Positions 52,842-64,000 of a stretch of 64,000 nt of DNA are shown in pieces. The position numbers and the translations under genes were made by a program. The notes below the pieces were generated by a model that was not told the origin of the DNA, did not search any database, and saw only the letters and a program-made list of their open reading frames with translations. The stretch's first letter is position 1. Every line of letters begins with the position of its first letter. Source of the DNA: Antedon mediterranea (lineage: Eukaryota; Animalia; Echinodermata); the NCBI RefSeq assembly GCF_964355755.1, contig NC_092680.1, positions 4,836,001 to 4,900,000 on the forward strand, in the 5' to 3' direction.

Positions 52842-53125
52842 GGTGCAACACTTTTCGTAGCCCCCAAAACCTTGCTACTGAGCCTTGTGTTAATCTTGTC
52901 ATCCGGCGACAAAAGTCCATTGAAACGATTCAATAGCTCGCCTTTTAAAGCGACGTAACGTGGTGGCGTACCGACCAAGAGTAAAACAATTATCTTACTA
53001 ATTAATAACAATATGTAACTGTAACTTGTAAAATGGGAACACTCGCGAGGTAGCGAGGAGGGAATATGCGCCCTCTATAGTTTAAATTTTTGTAAACTTT
53101 TTACTCTTCCACTGCAGATCGTAAA
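52842..53125. promoter_or_regulatory. Compact bidirectional promoter between methyltransferase C and SPO11
   Basis: Divergent ATGs 284 bp apart; CpG-richer; ctcgcgag at 53042, gcgccctcta at 53068, YY1-like aaaatggcg over the SPO11 ATG. Confidence 0.65.
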
Positions 53126-56100
53126 ATGGCGAACGCACCAGATTTAGGTTCAACACATTGTGATTTGTGGCATAACATAGATAAACTCCAAAAAGAAATT
53201 ATTATCTATGAACGCATACATGTTTTAAGCAACGAAAGCGAAGAACAGGTAGCTATTTCAGATAAAGCGGAGTCTTCTTTACGTCACAGGTATGTGTTTA
53301 AGTATAGGGCCTAGGCCTAGGCCTAGCCTACTTAATAATACTACTCTAGATTGTAGGGGCTTAGGCTAGCCTAACCACTATAAGCCTACTAAACTAGGCC
53401 TTATTGGTAGGCATTATTTAGTTAGGCCTATGCTTTACTAATACTACACCTAGGCTACTAGCTTTTATTAAATTAGCTTTTATATTATTTATTATTATTA
53501 AGTCATTTAATAATATTATTATTAACCATTTGTTTTTCTTTTTAAAAAAATTATAATATTGTTAATTAGGAATGATGTGTTGAGAAAATTAGAAAACAAT
53601 ATAGAAATGATCATAGACAGTTTACAACAGAACAAAGCACCTGCAGTGGCATTTGTTAGTAGAACAAGTTGGCAAAATGTAAGGTAGGCGTAAACTACTA
53701 TGTCACTCTCTAGTCTATAGAGCTAAAGGTACACCTTAAAATTCTTAAACTTATGATCTAGGCTAGTAGAATGGTTAGCTCCGGAGATCAAAGGGTTGAT
53801 CTGTGGCTGTGACACGATCAGTTCCACGGTCCTTAAGAGACACTGTGCGCCGCGGAGAATGTGTAAATAGCACGTCAGTGTTGTTGGTATTTGTTGCAGC
53901 CAAACATCACATAAGATCAACTGTTATCTTGGCAAGGCGAGCCCAGTGTCCTGTTGTTAGATTGCCTTGGTAGTAGTAGGCATAGAATTAGGCCTGGTAC
54001 TGGTACTGGTTCAAATAACCGTCTCACAGAGACATCTGGTAGCCATTGACTTAAAGTTGGCATTTGGATGTGTTACTTTTAAATGTAGGCCTACAGTATG
54101 AGAGTGACTACTACCAAATTACACAGTCACAAAACAACTTATAAAACAGTTCATATATACAGTTAAAACATTGCTGGGAATTATAAATTTCTGTTGAAGC
54201 AGGCTCTAATGAAGTTGCATCTAGTAAGTTGACTTTGTTGTACAACTCTATCAAGTACTGATGGTATCTTCCGACCTCTTCATTTACTTTGTGTTGTGTG
54301 AAAAGTAAGAATTTTTGTAGGATCTTCATTTTCTTTTCTTTTCTACCACCTACCAATTTTATTGAATGATAATTGTCAAATCACCTTTATTCATTGAATG
54401 GAGAACGATTACAACATGAACAATTGTTTTCCTTGACAGACCTACCAAATACTTCATTTATTAAAACGATAAAATTCCATTAATACATCATTTATGCATT
54501 AGTTTTTCAGCTGATGTTGGACTAAAGTTAGATAAGGACAAAAGTGTTTCAGAACTCCGGTTTGACTCAATCAATTCAACTACAAGATTTGGTAAGGCGA
54601 CACTATCAAACTTTATGTGATGTCCTCATTATATGGATATAATGATGTCATATCACTACCATATTTGGGCACATCACACTTTTTTTGTCAAACTAGCTTG
54701 ATAGTGTAGAGACAAAGCTTAAGATTGAAGAATCAAATAGATGCTAAGGTTATGACATACCATATTGGTTACTTGACTGTTAGTACTATAACTACCTTCT
54801 ACCATAAAATACAAGAAAAAATTATATGTAGCATTGGTTTTATTGTTGTGAAATTTATTTAATTTGTATTCCTTTATTAAGCTCTGATGCTAAGCCTGAT
54901 GTCTGAATGCTATACACTAGTCCAAAGCAACACATTCTCAACTAAACGGTATGTTTTTGGAGGCGTTAACCTATTAGGCAGTTGTATTGTATTGTGAAAT
55001 TGTTTAATAATAATGAGTGTGGTCTGAACTAATAGCACATCATTGTGGGTCAGTGTTTTAATATACAAAATGTATGTATTGTCAAGAAATATGAAAATAG
55101 CATTGCTTGTCCAAAATGTTATAGTCAACTACCCTCAGATTATATACTAAGCTTGTCCAAAATGTCTTGTTTTTCCTGAATTTCTAGATTAAAAAAAAAG
55201 TATTATTGGTCATGAGGTCAAAATTTTAATTTGTGTGTAGGCTATATCAGAGTCTTGTGCATGTTACCATCATTATCATTTAACTGTATTTATCAATTTG
55301 ATAGAGACATCTATTACAGAGATCCTCAACTGTTTGGTAGCCAATCAGTGGTAGATGAGCTAGCTGACAACATAGCTTGTATGTTATCTGTTCCTCGACA
55401 TCATCTACATTTGGTAATTTCCTATTTTTATTTACATGAATAATTTTGTTTAAAGCCCTGTCTACACTAATTCATAGGCAGATTTTTTAAAATATAATAA
55501 AAACAATGAAAAAGATAGGACATTACATTAGGTTCAGCACTTTTTTTTACAACTTTACAATTTAATATACATTTTTTAATCTAATAAATTATAATTCTTA
55601 TTTTTAGTTGGCAACATCCAAAGGATGTCTAGCTGGTGATCTTAGTTTTATTGAAATGGATGGTAATTGTGTAGATTGCTCAGCCACTACAACAGTTAAG
55701 TGTGTAAATAGTCATTTTAAACGAATATACATATATCAATAGCATAATAATAAAAAAAAATTAATAAAACGGTTTATCTATTTTTTTTTGTCAGGGTATT
55801 TTGGTTCCATCACACGTTGAAGGTCTTACAAGTATCCTTTATTGTTTGTTACCACTGAAAAGTGTCTAGACGTGCAAAACTGGCTCCAGAGAGCACAGAA
55901 ATCTGGCAAATGTCACCATCCATGATGAAGCTGCCAAACTGGCTAAGAGCCATAACTTTAAAATCTTATTTCTTTACCCATAACGGGGTTGCCAAACTGG
56001 ATGCATAGAGAATCCTCAATCTTTCAATTGTTACTATATGATTGGCTGCCAAACTGTCTTTATATGTCTTATATTAATCTGTAAAATATTACCAACACTG

Positions 56101-58722
56101 ATGTGGATGAGATATGTTTTCTAATATAAATGGCAAACCAATGTTTCTATTTTTATTATCATTAAATAAAGATATTCGTTCTGAAGCAAAATTTGTTTTA
56201 ATTGTTGAGAAGGATGCAACATTCCAGAAGTTGTTGGATGATGGTTTACTGAAGAGAATTAAGAACTGTATCATTATCACAGTAAGAATCTTTTAATTGT
56301 TGGTGTCTATGTGGTTTCTATATGTTTTTATGCAGGCATGTTTAACTTAACATCAGGCCCGCAACAGAGATATTATTAGCATTAGCATTATATATTGTTT
56401 GACACAGAGCTTAAAATCAAGTTGGTAATCTGGATAGTGTATGCGTATTTCACCGGTATTATGTTCTCCACTAATAGTATATATACATATTTCCGTCACT
56501 TAAAGATGTATTGTCCCACTGAAAAAATAATTATTAAACATTTTTTTGTTGAATATGCTATTTTAATTTCACATAATAATTATCCACATTGACCCAAAAT
56601 GAGATCGAAAAAAAATTATATACCTGAAAAACTGGAATTTAAAACAAAAAATAATCAAATAGGCTGCCAGCCAATGGATTTTGGTTGAATTTTACCATTT
56701 ATTATGTCATTTTATAAGTGAAAACATTATTTTGTTGTGTTTTTTTTTCTTAGGAAGTGATTAACTTTATTAAAACTACAAAATAACATATACAAAGTCT
56801 GATTTAATTAATCTTTATTTTTCATGTTTTTGGGGGACAATATATCTTTAAAATGAATAAATACCATTTTGTCACCAGGGTAAAGGTTTTCCAGACATCA
56901 ACACAAGAATGATGGTGCGTAAATTATGGGATTGCTTTCATATTCCAATCTTTGGTTTAGTTGATGCGGATCCACACGGTGTGTACAAAAATGTCTTCAA
57001 ATTGATCATATGCCATATTTCATATTTAAATCTAAAGCTCTGTCTACAACTATCAAACTGGTTTGACAAAAAAAGTGTGATATGCCCAAATATGACATCA
57101 TCATGTCCATATATGGCCACATCATATTTTTTTGTCACATAAAGTTTGATAGTGTAGACAGAGCTTTAATCTCAATTTATCCATTACCTATATTATAATT
57201 TACAAACTTTACTGACAACCATTTATCATAATAATGGCAGCAACAAAGAGGATGAAAGCAATAAAGTCACTGATGACTGCATTGTAAACATCTTTAAATA
57301 GGTCTACTTTCTATAAATATAGAATTTTTTGTTTTATAAAATATTAGGCTACAATATAATTGACAAAATATATAGGTAATTAATATGTAATTATCACTTG
57401 ACTTTCAGGTATTGAAATACTTTGTGTTTACAAATTTGGATCAAAGGTAGGCTACTATTGGTGCCCCTGTAACTTGTATACACTATTACACTATACACTT
57501 CTTCATAGTATTGATCTCTTTTGCAAAACTGTCTTTTATTTCAGTACAGGCATACTCGTTTGATTCTCAAAACCTGACTGTCCCCTATTAAACTTTTATG
57601 CTCTGTACACTATCGAATTAGTTTTACAAAAAAAGTGTGAAAAATATGGTAGTGATATGCCCAAATATTGTGATATGACATCCATATGGGCACATTACAT
57701 TTGTTTGTCACATAAAGTTTGATAATGTAGACAGACCTTTACACTTTTTAGTCTTGGTTTCTCTTGCAAGACTTTCTTTCATTTCATTATAGTCATACTC
57801 ATTTGATTCTCACAACCTGACTGTCCCCAGTATACGATGGTTAGGAGTTTTACCTTCAGACATCAAACACCTTCAAATACGCAAAGAAAGCCTTATACCT
57901 CTTACAAAGGCTGATATGGATAAGGCAGGAGAACTTATAAAAAGGCCTTATTACAAACAAATACCAACGTGGATGAAAGAGGTAAGATTTATACAATCAC
58001 ATTGTAAACAATAATATTTTAGTAGTTAATTAGTTAGTGTTTGGAAATAAAATATCTATGTACATGTTCATTTCTACATAGTTATTTGCATAGTTTATTT
58101 AAAAATATATTATCCCCCTAAAAATATTTTTTTTTTCTCACATTATTTTTAAAATGCCATTATAATATTTATTCACTTTGACAAAAAACTGGAACGAGAA
58201 AAAAAAATTATTTACCTGGAAAAAATGTAATATAAAGCAAAAAATACTTGTACAATGGTTTTTGTCTTTTAAATCTTTAAGAATAATTTATTATCAATTT
58301 ATCCATATTTGGATGTGGCGATGTTTACCTGTAGTGTTATATTATACACTCAATCCTCCCAATACCGGACACTTTTGAACTAGCATTTTATGTACGGTTT
58401 TCTATAACGTCTGGTATTCGAAATGTGTGTTTCTAATGGTAAAATGATTTTTGGACCTTTTGGACTTCAAGAAAAGGTCTGGTTTTTAGGAGAGTTGCCG
58501 GTTTTTAGAGAGGTTGGATATTGGGAGAGTTGATTCAGTGTATTTAGTTTAATTCGAAGTATATTAATACTTTTTCCCTTTTTTTTTGGTTTGTTATTTT
58601 AGATCCAGATTCTACTTACAAGTGGTTATAAAGCCGAAATACAGACACTCACCGCCATCTCAAACAATTTCCTGACCGATGTTTAGATTCCAAATAAAAT
58701 TCAACATGGAGGATGGATATAA
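53126..58722 (+). CDS. SPO11: Meiotic recombination protein SPO11 (TopoVI-A family); in-frame TAG at 58684-58686 before the conserved end at 58722
   Basis: Exons 53126-53289, 53570-53683, 54503-54591, 54882-54948, 55305-55413, 55608-55694, 55795-55831, 56172-56281, 56879-56978, 57409-57446, 57793-57981, 58603-58722. Motifs TKRDIYY (catalytic Tyr), LIVEKDATFQ, TGKGFPD, LVDADPHGIEI, WLGVLPSD, KAEIQ. Confidence 0.95.
55832..56171 (+). other. U12-type (minor spliceosome) GT-AG intron in SPO11
   Basis: 5' site GTATCCTTT; no polypyrimidine tract at the 3' end, candidate branch tcattaa about 10 nt before AG; splicing restores GLT/NIRSEAKFVLIVEKD. Confidence 0.85.
56500..56850. mobile_element. MITE family B copy (degenerate third copy about 58100-58300)
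   Basis: ttaaagatgtattgtccc ... gggacaatatatctttaa; internal match to 2451-2810. Confidence 0.8.
58346..58540. mobile_element. Tc1/mariner-type MITE remnant
   Basis: ta|cactcaatcctcccaata ... tattgggagagttgattcagtg|ta. Confidence 0.55.
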
Positions 58723-59656
58723 CTATTTTTGCTTTTCCTATCAAGACATACAGTTGACCAAAATAATTGCAATCCAATTTTAAACATTTTTGTTGATTTT
58801 GATTGTTTTACTTTTAATAAATCTTTTTTGTACAATATGCAGTTGAGGTTTAATTAAAAAGAAAGCATTGAAATAAAGAAAGTGATAATCACTGTATTTT
58901 ACCACATATCATGTTTGTTTTCTGTGTATTTTTTACTTTGTAAAATAATATTAATCTGTTCATTTTCTTTTAAATGCGATTAATGCGTTCCATAAAAGCA
59001 ATCGTTTTGAATCAAGAGCGCGACTCGAGAGTCGAGTTGTTATCGCGAAAGACCCAGGCACTTTATACCAAAGAATATTCTTTGCCTACCATGCAGAATG
59101 TGATTACCACCTGAGTGAGTTCTTTATTTTATTTTGTTAAAAACTTTCTTCATAATTAATTAATAACCACTATCTCTGTGTAAGATACGAATAGGCCTAA
59201 TCCCTATCACTTTATTAATATATATTTAGTGTCTGGCGTGTTCACAAACAGTAAGAGCGAAACGACCAGGCTTATTAAACCGAAGGGTGACAACGAATAA
59301 TACAGCATATAGAAGCTGAAATTGTTTAGGCCTAGAGCCTAGAGGGAGAATGATTATCAAAATGTTGATGCGTTTCAATTCTTTTTAACAGCATAGGTAA
59401 ACTATGTTAGAAAATAACTAATGATGTACAAATTAACCTAAATACACGATAATAGGGCCAAAAAGAAAATAACAAAAAGGGATTTAGAAGATGGAGCGAT
59501 TGAATGTAAAATACAAATGATATGGAAGGCCATATGTGCCATTAGCATTTTGAATAACCAACCCAGTTAATTGGGGCGTTATAATTAATACTTCTTGGTG
59601 TCAGTTATTTATTGATCCTTTTTCTACTATTTCTTCTCTACTACTTTCAGTTTAAA

Positions 59657-60476
59657 ATGTATGAAATTATTTGGTTAACATTTGTTGCTGTGTTATGGGG
59701 TGGAACAAATCCATTTATCAAGAAAGGAGGTGCTGGAATTGAAAAGATATCTGAACGAACCGCTGTACGACAATTCCTTGCCGAATTGAAATTTCTGTTC
59801 CTTAATTGGAAGGTGAGATACATTTGCTATTTTTGTTAATGTTATCGATATTAAATAAACAATATTAGATTTCAGATTTATTTCAACAAGGATTTTCTTT
59901 AGAGAAAGGCATGCAAACCGTTGAGTAAAATAATATTATTTACTAACAATTGCTGTAACTGCTAATTAGAAAAACTTTCACAAAATAAACCACAAATATT
60001 TCAAACCATTATGAGCTTTCAATTTCAGGAAATTAAATGAAAAAGGGCTTCTGTCAAACAAATTACAAAATTTGTTTAATTTGTTAATATTTTAATTTTA
60101 GTTAGTACTGTAATTCTGAATAACATAATATCAAAAATAGGATGCAAGTTTCAAACCAGACTTCACCTAATTTGCATAATATGCAAATTAGCTGTTTTTT
60201 TTTTTATATAAGAAATAATATATTATGGCATATTGTTTCATAACGAACAGTATAGCCAATTAGAGTAGAATAAAAAAAGGAAACTAACTCGATCTTGCAA
60301 TTTATTTGACAGAAAGGTCTAATTCTGCTTGGCTATTTATTTGTTTACACAACCAATATTACTTACACTGTAATCATTCATTGATAGATATTTTTCTCCT
60401 TTTTTTCAGTATTTAGTTCCATTCCTGCTTAACCAATCTGGATCGATTTTGTACTATCTGACCTTAGCAACGATGG
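59657..60476 (+). CDS. TMEM234: Transmembrane protein 234 homolog, 5' exons only
   Basis: Exons 59657-59812 (VAVLWGGTNPFIKKG...ELKFLFLNWK) and 60410-60476 (YLVPFLLNQSGSILYYLTLA); downstream exons not found in window. Confidence 0.85.
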
Positions 60477-61310
60477 GTTAGTTTTGTTTTATACAGTAGT
60501 ACACTTATTATAGGGACACCTTTGGAACTCAACAAAGTGACACCTTTTGAACTCAACACAGTGTCACCTTAATAGAAATTTCTCTCAATAAGTGTATATA
60601 TATATACTTTATTTATTCACCAGACTGTACAGTACAACATGTTTAATCAACATTGATTTTTTTACAAAAATTTGTGATATTACAAAAAATCCAACACCAT
60701 ATAAATACGAAAAAAGAAAGAAAAAATTGAAAAGAAAATCATCTGAAGAGATTGACCATAAAATACAACATGTATTGTATTTCCCCTTGTTTGTTTCATG
60801 GTAAAGTTTGTTGATATAAAATTTGCGGTACACCACATTATATTTGTTCTGAAAATAACTGTTGAGTTTCGCGACGTTTTAATCAATATGCATTGATTGT
60901 CCTCAGAAGTGAGAATGTCGAGAAACTCAACAGTTCTTTTTTTCAGTTGTGTACTCCAAACTTTATATCAACAGACCAATCAGAACACTACTTCCGTTTA
61001 CCGGAAATTTAAGGTGTTGTAGAACATTTTGGGAAAAAACTACGAATCATACAGTAGGTCTAGTAAATTGTAAAAAAGTAGTGACAATTACAATAAAAAA
61101 AAAAAACTTTTTAGTGTGAATCATGGCGATATTTCCCCATGGTTCAACAAACGAGCTAAAATGAAAAATATCAAATGAAAATATGTTAATTTATTAACTA
61201 GCTATATATATAAATGAGTAATGAGCATGTGCAAGTTTTTATCAAACTACCTAACCTATCTGAATTTGCAAATTTCGGAGCTTCAGGGAGGACATTCCAA
61301 TTTAATTCAA

Positions 61311-62638
61311 TCACATTTTCTTAGCATGAAGGAAGTAACATTCACAATCAGAATACATAATGCCATCACTATTTACTGGTAGTTCTCGTTTACACCAATC
61401 CATCGCATCTTTAACAAATTCATCTTGAAGATCATCGGGTATTCGAGTTAATTGTCCAGACATAGTGCGAACATAACCTTAAAAAGAATTTTGTTCAGTG
61501 CTTCTGCTAAATCAACAGTATATGATAAAAGTTTTGCCGTGATGTCGGCGGAAAAATCGTCATTGACGCTATAAGGACTACGAATCGTAGGTCCAGTTTA
61601 CACAAACTATTCGTGCACACTTTAAAGAACAGTGAGCCTACATCTTTCTAGATGAGGGTTACCCTGGTTCACACATCCACTGTCCGTGGATAGGGCAGAG
61701 AGTGTTAGAATGGGCAGCACTGACATGACGTGACTCTTGGGGAAAAAGCATGAGATGAAAATAATGTAACATCTAATTCCACAGTGCCATGGGGAATGAT
61801 CGTTGGAATGGCGCTATAGAAATGGAAATTATTGATTAATTGCCGAGATAATCTCTTACTTACCATCAAGTTCATAATCATTTTCTATGATAAACATGGA
61901 GGGATCTATGACTTCTTTGCTGACCAATAAGAATCCTTCAGTTTCTAAAAGACTACACCAACCATCCGAGTTTAAGTCATTTTTTATACCGCCTTCGTAA
62001 TCCTGAACAAACAGAAATTGTACTGATTAAACATTTGAGTGTGTTATGCGTAAACAGTGCTTTAATAAATAAATAATAAATAAACTCTTCCCTGGACTAA
62101 CGCACCTTAAGACAGCAATCTAACCATTGCAAGATCCACGTCAATTATCTGCTGAGCCCACGCAACATTTATAACTGTAGTAGCTGACGTTACCTATCAA
62201 TTATTATATTTTTCAGACATATATCTGTAGTATATTTCGCGTTGAACGTTTTAATAATAAAATGTGATGCCTATAATAACACTATAAGAAATATGATAAA
62301 ATGTAAACTGACCTTAAGAAAACGATTCCACTTTGAGTGGTTCTTAAGATAAGACGGAAGCTCATTTTCTCCAGTTCCACCAAATAGGAAGATTGGACCA
62401 ACAACTAAAATAAATAATTCTCCGCCTTGTTTCATACATTGTTGTATATTTTGGATAGTCTTTTTCTTATCTTTCACCCAGTGCAAGACGTACATTGATG
62501 TGACTTTATTAAACTGATTTTGTTTCCATTTTGAGAGATTTGTTCCAAAATCCTGAGCGTCACAGACAGCATACTTCACATTGCTTAATTGGTGATGTTG
62601 TTTTGCATAATCAATCATATCGTCGGAGTAATCGATGC
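61311..62638 (-). CDS. Methyltransferase copy D, exons 2-4 intact; exon 1 not in window
   Basis: Exons 62638-62313 (326), 62002-61864 (139), 61477-61311 (167), same sizes and frame as copy C. Confidence 0.8.
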
Positions 62639-62775
62639 CTTAATTAATTAATATATTAAATGAAATAATTAAACTATAAATGAAGGTTGATGGGTGGCAC
62701 AAATTCAGGTGGCAAGGGTCGAGTGGCAAAAGCCAGGATGAAACGGGCCTAGGCCTAGGGTGACCTGTCTAATAC

Positions 62776-63470
62776 AGGTGTCTGATCATTTCGGCCGCCA
62801 GTTATTTCGGTCGCCGGTTATGGAATTGCCAAATTCATGAAACGCCAAAAAGGACAAAATATGTATTGTTCATTTCGGCCGCCAGAATTGTAATTATTCT
62901 TGAATATGTATGACACACCATGTGTTTTAAAATTATTAAGCCGAATCAGCGGTCTTTAATTCCAGAAACAGCAGCGATATTTATGGCGTGCACATTGCCA
63001 TCACTACAGTGAATTATTAATAATATTGTTTTAATAATAAGGAGGTGATGCTGAATTTTTTTTTATGTGCCAGTCAAAAACACTTTTATTTGTATGTTTT
63101 GCATTTATTAGGTCTATATTCATAAAGAAACACATTTTTACAAAGCACACGGATCTTTGGGACCTGTAAAATAAATAAAAAAAATAAACATTTAATACCG
63201 TAATATAACTTTAAATTTACAGCAAAAACAAAATGTATTTAGCCCAATTGCACAACTGATCTCTGGTTTAAATGACCATGGTTCTCTGTGGCGTTGGTAT
63301 TTTAAAGTTATTTAATATTTTTTTCACTGTAATAATACTGTATGTACAGTTATTTCTGGCTATTTCAATTTGGCGAACCATACCTGGCGGCCGAAATGAT
63401 CATGCCATATTTTGTCCTTTTTGGAGTTTCATGAATTTGGTCGTTCCATAATCGGCGGCCGAAATGCACT
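62776..63470. mobile_element. About 700-bp insertion with subterminal inverted repeats (catttcggccgcc / ggcggccgaaatg) flanked by 16-bp direct repeat
   Basis: gtgacc(t/c)gtctaatac at 62760-62775 and 63471-63486; atgaaacgccaaaaaggacaaaatatg mirrored by catattttgtcctttttggagtttcat. Confidence 0.75.
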
Positions 63471-63495
63471 GTGACCCGTCTAATACGATTTCGAT

Positions 63496-63642
63496 CCAAG
63501 TCGGCCCTAAACCGTCTCGGCCAAAGTCAAGTCGGCCCCAAGTCAACTCGGCCCCAAGTCAACTCGGCCTCAAGTCAACTCGGCCTCACGTCAACTCGGC
63601 CTCACGTCAACTCGGCCAAAAAGTAATCGGTCAACTCGGCCC
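63496..63642. repeat. 15-17-bp tandem repeat caagtcaactcggcc(c/t), probably subterminal array of another transposon
   Basis: Direct reading, about 8 units. Confidence 0.85.
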
Positions 63643-64000
63643 CGTTAAAATATGGAACGCAAAAAGTGCAAATGAAGGGGATTGATAAAATAATATTTCT
63701 TCACAATTTTTTAACTATAAATAATTCTGACTTTTAATGAATATTAATATTTAGACAATAATATATTTAGCAAAAAAAATAGGAATGATTTCACCAACTT
63801 TCCTTTATTTACGTTTAATAAAATTTCAAATTGCACAATTGAAAACAATTCGTAGCTGCGCCTCCCTGCGCCTTTGGCAGCTTTTTTGATATCTACAACT
63901 GCTACGTGTTTTCACTGACCGGGGGATTCCCCTTTTTTCAAAACGCAAATCATGGACAAAAAAGATATGTACGATCATTTTTTCTATGGAACGTAGGCCT

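Overview
AT-rich, intron-rich eukaryotic (animal, most likely an invertebrate; Deu-domain-like SINEs hint at a deuterostome) genomic DNA, not prokaryotic. Gene models were built by hand from GT-AG sites and reading-frame continuity. Left to right: (1) a single-coding-exon minus-strand gene for a secreted Arg/Tyr/Cys-rich protein with two 101-aa repeats and an in-frame duplicated tail beyond its stop; (2) a 5-exon gene for an N-acylated, Glu/Pro/Ala-rich disordered protein behind an RFX X-box promoter; (3) a complete 35-exon ARFGEF1/2 (BIG-type Sec7 Arf-GEF); (4) four JHAMT-like class I SAM methyltransferase copies (one intact, one frameshifted, one truncated by a tandem duplication that also copied the ARFGEF 3' end, one intact over exons 2-4 but lacking exon 1 in the window); (5) SPO11, head-to-head with the intact methyltransferase, with a U12-type intron, a decoy duplicated exon start and an in-frame TAG 12 codons before the conserved C-terminus; (6) the 5' half of TMEM234. 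Non-coding DNA carries about 20 copies of a Harbinger/Tourist-like MITE with a variable 21-bp internal array, other MITEs, SINE/LINE fragments and minisatellites. Abundant TAGGCCTA/TAGCCTA/TACAGTA motifs behave like transposon excision footprints; paralogue comparison inside the window shows TA to TAGGCCTA insertions directly.
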